Shown one piece after another: positions 28,099 through 32,000 of a DNA stretch of 32,000 nt. Each line of letters opens with the position of its first letter. The stretch's first letter is position 1. The stretch lies in the NCBI RefSeq assembly GCF_000039765.1, contig NC_004459.3, forward strand, positions 2,866,104 through 2,898,103, given 5' to 3'. The DNA comes from Vibrio vulnificus CMCP6 (GTDB lineage Bacteria; Pseudomonadota; Gammaproteobacteria; Enterobacterales; Vibrionaceae). The translations under genes and the position numbers were made by a program. Below the pieces are notes generated by a model that was not told the origin of the DNA, searched no databases, and saw nothing but the letters and a program-made list of their open reading frames with translations.

Positions 28099-30384
28099 CT
28101 ACGCCGCGCTAGTTAACTTCTTTTTTTTCTCAGGCGCATTGGTAAGCGTCTTTGAGAAGTCAAAGCTGAAGTGATCCACTTGGATTGCTTGGTAACGCAG
28201 TTTATCGGCGGCCAAGATTTTATCCACTTCACTTTGCGTTAGCACATCGGCGTCTAGCGCTTGTTGCAGACGCTCAGCCAGCAAGCCTTTACGAGCCACT
28301 TTGCCATCTTTTGCCGCTTTCATCAGCTTACGCTCCAGCGGTTTGATGTCATACATAGCAAGAAACGCTTGTTCCATTAAACCAACACTGTCCTCTTTCT
28401 CTTTGCCGATATAGCAGAGATTGGTCAGTCGGTCGCGCTGCACGCCTGGGGTCATCATCGCTTCCGCAATATCCACACAGAGTTCATCGCTTGGTTTAGC
28501 AAAGTTATTGCCAAGTGGGAATAGTAGCCCTTTGAGCACGCCACCGACATATTTCACTGGGAAGTTAGCATAGGCTTCGTTCAACGACTTCGCTGCGTGA
28601 TGCAAACAGTGCTGCACTGCGTAATGGACGAAGTTGAGATCCGCTTGTTGGCGACCTTCATCTTCATATTTTTTCAATGCTGCTGAGGCCATATAGAGAT
28701 AGCTAAGGCCATCACCCAAACGTGCAGAAATCATCTCTTTACGTTTCAATTCACCGCCTAGTGTTAACATGGCGAAATCGGCACTGACCGCCAAGGCGCG
28801 ACTCAGACGAGTCATGTCTTTGTAGTAACGTTGCGTTGGGCCGCTCATGTGTGCTTTTACAAAGCGTGAGCCAGTTAGCGCGGCACCTAAGGCACCGAGC
28901 GTATTGAACGTGGCATGTTTAATGTGCTTAAACAGCAAATCGTCGAATTGTTTCGCACCTTCTTTGGCATCTGGGTTCGCTGCTGCTTCCATTTCTTTCA
29001 AAACGTAAGGATGGCATCGCGTTGCACCTTGGCCAAAAATCATTAGGTTACGAGTAAGAATATTGGCACCTTCAACCGTAATCGCTACGGGGATACCAAG
29101 ATAATGGGTCGCTAGGTAGTTCATCGGACCATCTTGAATCGCACGGCCAGAGTGAATATCCATCGAGTCATCAAGAATCGTTCTCGCCATCTCCGTCATG
29201 TGATACTTAGCAATAGCGGTTACAATGCCAGGTTTTTCCTTCAGATCGAGCGATGTTGTGGTCAAAGTACGAGTGGCTTCCAATAAGTAGGTCAAACCGC
29301 CAATTCGTCCCATCGCTTCTGCAACACCTTCAAACTTACCGATCGACATGCCAAATTGTTTGCGCACATAGGCGTATGCCCCCGTTGTGCGCGTGGTCAA
29401 ATGACCAATGGCTGTGCCAAGCGCAGGCAGTGAAATACCACGCCCAGCCGATAAACACTCCACCAGCATGCGCCAGCCTTTACCAGCATAATCCGCACCA
29501 CCAATCAGCCAGTCCATCGGGATGAACACATCATGACCACGAGTTGGGCCGTTCATAAACGCCAGACCCAGAGGATCATGACGCTCACCAATCACCACAC
29601 CTTCATGATCGGCGGGAATCAAGGCACAAGTGATGCCAACATCGGTTTTATCACCTAACAGATGATCAGGGTCTTGAAGTTTAAATGCGAGACCAAGTAC
29701 GGTTGCGACAGGCGCAAGAGTGATGTAACGCTTATTCCAACTCAAACGAATACCGAGAACTTCTTTGCCTTCATGCGTGCCATAGCAAACCACGCCTTGA
29801 TCGGGAATGCCACCGGCGTCCGAGCCTGCTTCTGGACCCGTCAACGCAAAACAAGGGATGTCTGTACCATCGGCAAGACGAGGTAACCAGTAATCTTTTT
29901 GTGCCTGTGTACCATAGTGAGAAAGGAGCTCACCTGGGCCTAATGAGTTCGGTACCATAACCGTTACGGCGGTACTGATACTGCGTGTCGCAATTTTGGT
30001 TACTATGGTTGAGTTCGCCAGTGCAGAAAACTGACGGCCACCATATTTCTTCGAAATGATCAGTGAGAAAAAACGCTCTTTACGTAGGTATTCCCACACC
30101 TCTTTCGGTAAATCACGATCTTCTTTCACAATCTTATGATCATCGAGCATTGCAAGCAGTGTTTCTAGCTCGTTATCAATGAAAGCTTGCTCTTCAACCG
30201 ACAAGGTCGGTTTTGGATAGTGATGCAGTTTGGAGAAATCTGGCTTCCCAGAAAACAGCTCCGCGTCCCACCAAACACTTCCCGCTTCCATTGCTTCCTT
30301 CTCTGTTTCAGACAAAGGAGGAAGTACTTTTTTGAACATTTTAAATGCTGGGTCGCTGACCCATTTTTTTCTTAGAGAGCACAT
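28099..30384 (-). CDS. fadE: FadE-type acyl-CoA dehydrogenase lacking the usual N-terminal TM region
   Basis: MFKKVLPPLSETEKEAMEAGSVWWDAELFSGKPDFSKLHHYP, PNSLGPGELLSHYGT, CFALTGPEAGSDAGGIPDQG, NILTRNLMIFGQGATRCHPYVLKEM. Confidence 0.92.
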   Translation of the reverse strand: MCSLRKKWVSDPAFKMFKKVLPPLSETEKEAMEAGSVWWDAELFSGKPDFSKLHHYPKPTLSVEEQAFIDNELETLLAMLDDHKIVKEDRDLPKEVWEYLRKERFFSLIISKKYGGRQFSALANSTIVTKIATRSISTAVTVMVPNSLGPGELLSHYGTQAQKDYWLPRLADGTDIPCFALTGPEAGSDAGGIPDQGVVCYGTHEGKEVLGIRLSWNKRYITLAPVATVLGLAFKLQDPDHLLGDKTDVGITCALIPADHEGVVIGERHDPLGLAFMNGPTRGHDVFIPMDWLIGGADYAGKGWRMLVECLSAGRGISLPALGTAIGHLTTRTTGAYAYVRKQFGMSIGKFEGVAEAMGRIGGLTYLLEATRTLTTTSLDLKEKPGIVTAIAKYHMTEMARTILDDSMDIHSGRAIQDGPMNYLATHYLGIPVAITVEGANILTRNLMIFGQGATRCHPYVLKEMEAAANPDAKEGAKQFDDLLFKHIKHATFNTLGALGAALTGSRFVKAHMSGPTQRYYKDMTRLSRALAVSADFAMLTLGGELKRKEMISARLGDGLSYLYMASAALKKYEDEGRQQADLNFVHYAVQHCLHHAAKSLNEAYANFPVKYVGGVLKGLLFPLGNNFAKPSDELCVDIAEAMMTPGVQRDRLTNLCYIGKEKEDSVGLMEQAFLAMYDIKPLERKLMKAAKDGKVARKGLLAERLQQALDADVLTQSEVDKILAADKLRYQAIQVDHFSFDFSKTLTNAPEKKKKLTSAA

Positions 30385-30446
30385 AGTTCAGATCCTTTTG
30401 TTCACTTGGTGGAACCTGTTGGTCCTTGTTTGTATTTTAATAATAG

Positions 30447-31073
30447 CTACTCAGCGGACATGCCGGCTGAGAGATAGGGAATCAATAGATCAACGACAGA
30501 TTTCACGTCGGTCTGTTGATTAAATTTACTGTCTGCAATTTCCACTAACGCTTGGCTAGAAGCCATGGTGAAAACACACGTGCCTAAAGTGAAGTGCAAA
30601 CGCCAGAATAGTTTTTCTTCCGTCAATGCTGGATTGGCTTTTAGGATGGAGGCGATAAAAAGCTCCAGCACTTCGGCGTAACGTGTCGTGATAAACCATC
30701 TTAGATGGCCCTGCACGTCGGTATAGCCTCGACCAATGAGAAGCATAAAAAGGCTGGTACCATTGGGCCTGACATCATTGAGCTCTCTTAGCGGCAATCG
30801 AAGCGACTCAAACACTTCATCCATCGTATAGCTCTCTTGACTGTTGAGCTGAGTCAGAGATTGCTTTACCGCAGGCATCAGAGCCTCCAAATAACGGTTG
30901 AGTACTGCACGAACTAAGGTTTTCTTATCGCCAAAATGGTAATTCACGGACGCAAGATTAACGCCTGCTTTACCCGTTATGGTGCGCAATGACGTGTCAT
31001 TAAAACCGTATTCCGCAAATAAACCTTCGGCTACATCAAGGATTTTTTCTTTTGTACTGCTTCTTGGAGCCAT
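30447..31073 (-). CDS. psrA: TetR-family regulator, PsrA-like
   Basis: MAPRSSTKEKILDVAEGLFAEYGFNDTSLRTITGKAGVNLASVNYHFGDKKTLVRAVLNRYL; followed by a fadE homolog. Start at 31073 rather than 31136. Confidence 0.8.
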   Translation of the reverse strand: MAPRSSTKEKILDVAEGLFAEYGFNDTSLRTITGKAGVNLASVNYHFGDKKTLVRAVLNRYLEALMPAVKQSLTQLNSQESYTMDEVFESLRLPLRELNDVRPNGTSLFMLLIGRGYTDVQGHLRWFITTRYAEVLELFIASILKANPALTEEKLFWRLHFTLGTCVFTMASSQALVEIADSKFNQQTDVKSVVDLLIPYLSAGMSAE

Positions 31074-31088
31074 TTTAATCACCCGTAT

Positions 31089-31102
31089 CAAACAACTGTT
31101 TG
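31089..31102. promoter_or_regulatory. PsrA-type operator at the psrA promoter
   Basis: CAAAC-AACT-GTTTG, matching the published Pseudomonas C/GAAAC-N2-4-GTTTG/C pattern. Confidence 0.6.
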
Positions 31103-31103
31103 A

Positions 31104-31132
31104 AATATACGTTTGACACCATAAATTAACAA
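31104..31132 (-). promoter_or_regulatory. Predicted psrA promoter
   Basis: Minus strand TTGTTA (31132-31127), 17-nt spacer, TATATT (31109-31104). Confidence 0.5.
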
Positions 31133-31155
31133 GCAATTAACATCACACTTTTCAA

Positions 31156-31172
31156 CATTGGTCCGACCAGGT
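31156..31172. promoter_or_regulatory. FadR-like binding site
   Basis: CATTGGTCCGACCAGGT; the core TGGTCCGACCA is a perfect palindrome-like match to the FadR core TGGTCNGACCA. Confidence 0.6.
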
Positions 31173-31376
31173 TTAATCACTTCACTCTATCTGGCTGTTT
31201 TCCTGTTAAAAATTACTGGAGAAAAAATTTTTAAAAAAATGGGGAACTGTTTAAAAAAGGCAGGGTCTGAATAGATGTAACAAAAAGGGCAATTTAAAGT
31301 TCTACTGGCCGTCAAACTTGTTTCTTACTTTCTGTTACGTTGCTGCTTTATCTTATTAACTCCTATGTTTGTATCT

Positions 31377-31408
31377 GCCCAGACCCTATTGGTACTGGGC
31401 TTTTTTTT
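31377..31408 (+). terminator. Orphan plus-strand rho-independent terminator
   Basis: GCCCAGACC-ctatt-GGTaCTGGGC followed by eight T; no plus-strand CDS upstream nearby. Confidence 0.8.
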
Positions 31409-31473
31409 GTTTGTCACTCTCTGGTCAGTCTCAATTTAGGACGGCAAATAGTTAAGACAGCCAATAGAAACCA

Positions 31474-31504
31474 AAAAGCCTCTGCGATAGTTGCAGAGGC
31501 TTTT
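31474..31504 (-). terminator. Terminator downstream of nhaA
   Basis: AAAAGCCTCTGC-gatagtt-GCAGAGGCTTTT with A-tract on the left flank. Confidence 0.8.
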
Positions 31505-31543
31505 GAGTTTATTGCATCAATCTATGGTTTAGCAGTCTGTCGT

Positions 31544-32000
31544 TTAGCTGATTGCTTTCTCACTTTCCGCCGCTGTCTTTGGCAGCGATACATGCAGTAA
31601 GAAATAACCAAGCACTGCCGCTGTCGTCGATCCCATTAAGATACCTAGTCGTGAATAAGTATCGAAGTCTGGATTTGCACCACCGAAAGCCAGCGATGAA
31701 ATAAAGATCGACATGGTGAAACCGATACCACAGAGCACTGACACGGCAAAGATATGCTTGAAGTTCACACCTTCAGGCAATTTAGCCACACCAAACTTCA
31801 CCGCTGCCCAGCTAAACGTAAAGATACCCAGTGGTTTACCAACCAACAGTCCTAGCGCGATACCCAGCGGCAACATGGAAGTCAAGCCAGAAAGAGACAC
31901 CCCTTCAAGCGAGATACCAGCGTTAGCAAAGGCAAAGACAGGTAAGATAGCAAAGGCAACATATGGGTGAAGCGCATGTTCCATGTGTTTCAACGGAGAG
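31544..32000 (-). CDS. nhaA: Na+/H+ antiporter NhaA, C-terminal part, truncated by the window edge
   Basis: [80 protein letters not shown]. Confidence 0.93.
   Translation of the reverse strand, partial: SPLKHMEHALHPYVAFAILPVFAFANAGISLEGVSLSGLTSMLPLGIALGLLVGKPLGIFTFSWAAVKFGVAKLPEGVNFKHIFAVSVLCGIGFTMSIFISSLAFGGANPDFDTYSRLGILMGSTTAAVLGYFLLHVSLPKTAAESEKAIS

Noticed and set aside
31340-31600. 86-aa plus-strand ORF downstream of the psrA promoter region
   Set aside because: It runs through two strong terminator hairpins and into the nhaA 3' end; an RNA or terminator explanation is better.

Overview
The window reads as an ordinary chromosomal segment of a Vibrio-like gammaproteobacterium, mostly core genes. 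On the minus strand from the left: a membrane GGDEF diguanylate cyclase, an overlapping Fe/2OG dioxygenase + class-V PLP enzyme pair, serC, a DUF945 protein, tfoX/sxy, an iron-containing alcohol dehydrogenase, fabV, a fadE-like acyl-CoA dehydrogenase, a psrA-like TetR regulator and the C-terminal part of nhaA. On the plus strand: a DUF2797 protein, trxB, cydD-cydC, an atypical sensor kinase (degenerate receiver + cNMP-binding-like + HATPase), a frame-disrupted response regulator, an outer-membrane beta-barrel-like protein, an HDOD protein, lysO-like, a small periplasmic protein, panP-like, hexR, grxA and an AspT/YidE-like transporter. I saw no CRISPR array, rRNA, tRNA, phage or complete IS element. 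The observations most worth following up are: (1) the dioxygenase/PLP enzyme pair with a 17-nt overlap; (2) the sensor kinase whose receiver-like domain lacks its Asp, next to a response regulator carrying two apparent 1-nt deletions; (3) psrA-fadE control sequences, a PsrA-type operator over the predicted start site plus a near-consensus FadR-type site; (4) a CRP-like site and long leader upstream of tfoX; (5) an orphan plus-strand terminator between psrA and nhaA suggesting a small RNA; (6) a ~266-bp inverted-repeat-bounded element upstream of trxB; (7) an OxyR-like motif upstream of grxA. I found no convincing, wholly novel multi-gene system. All family names come from reading the sequence, not from searches.
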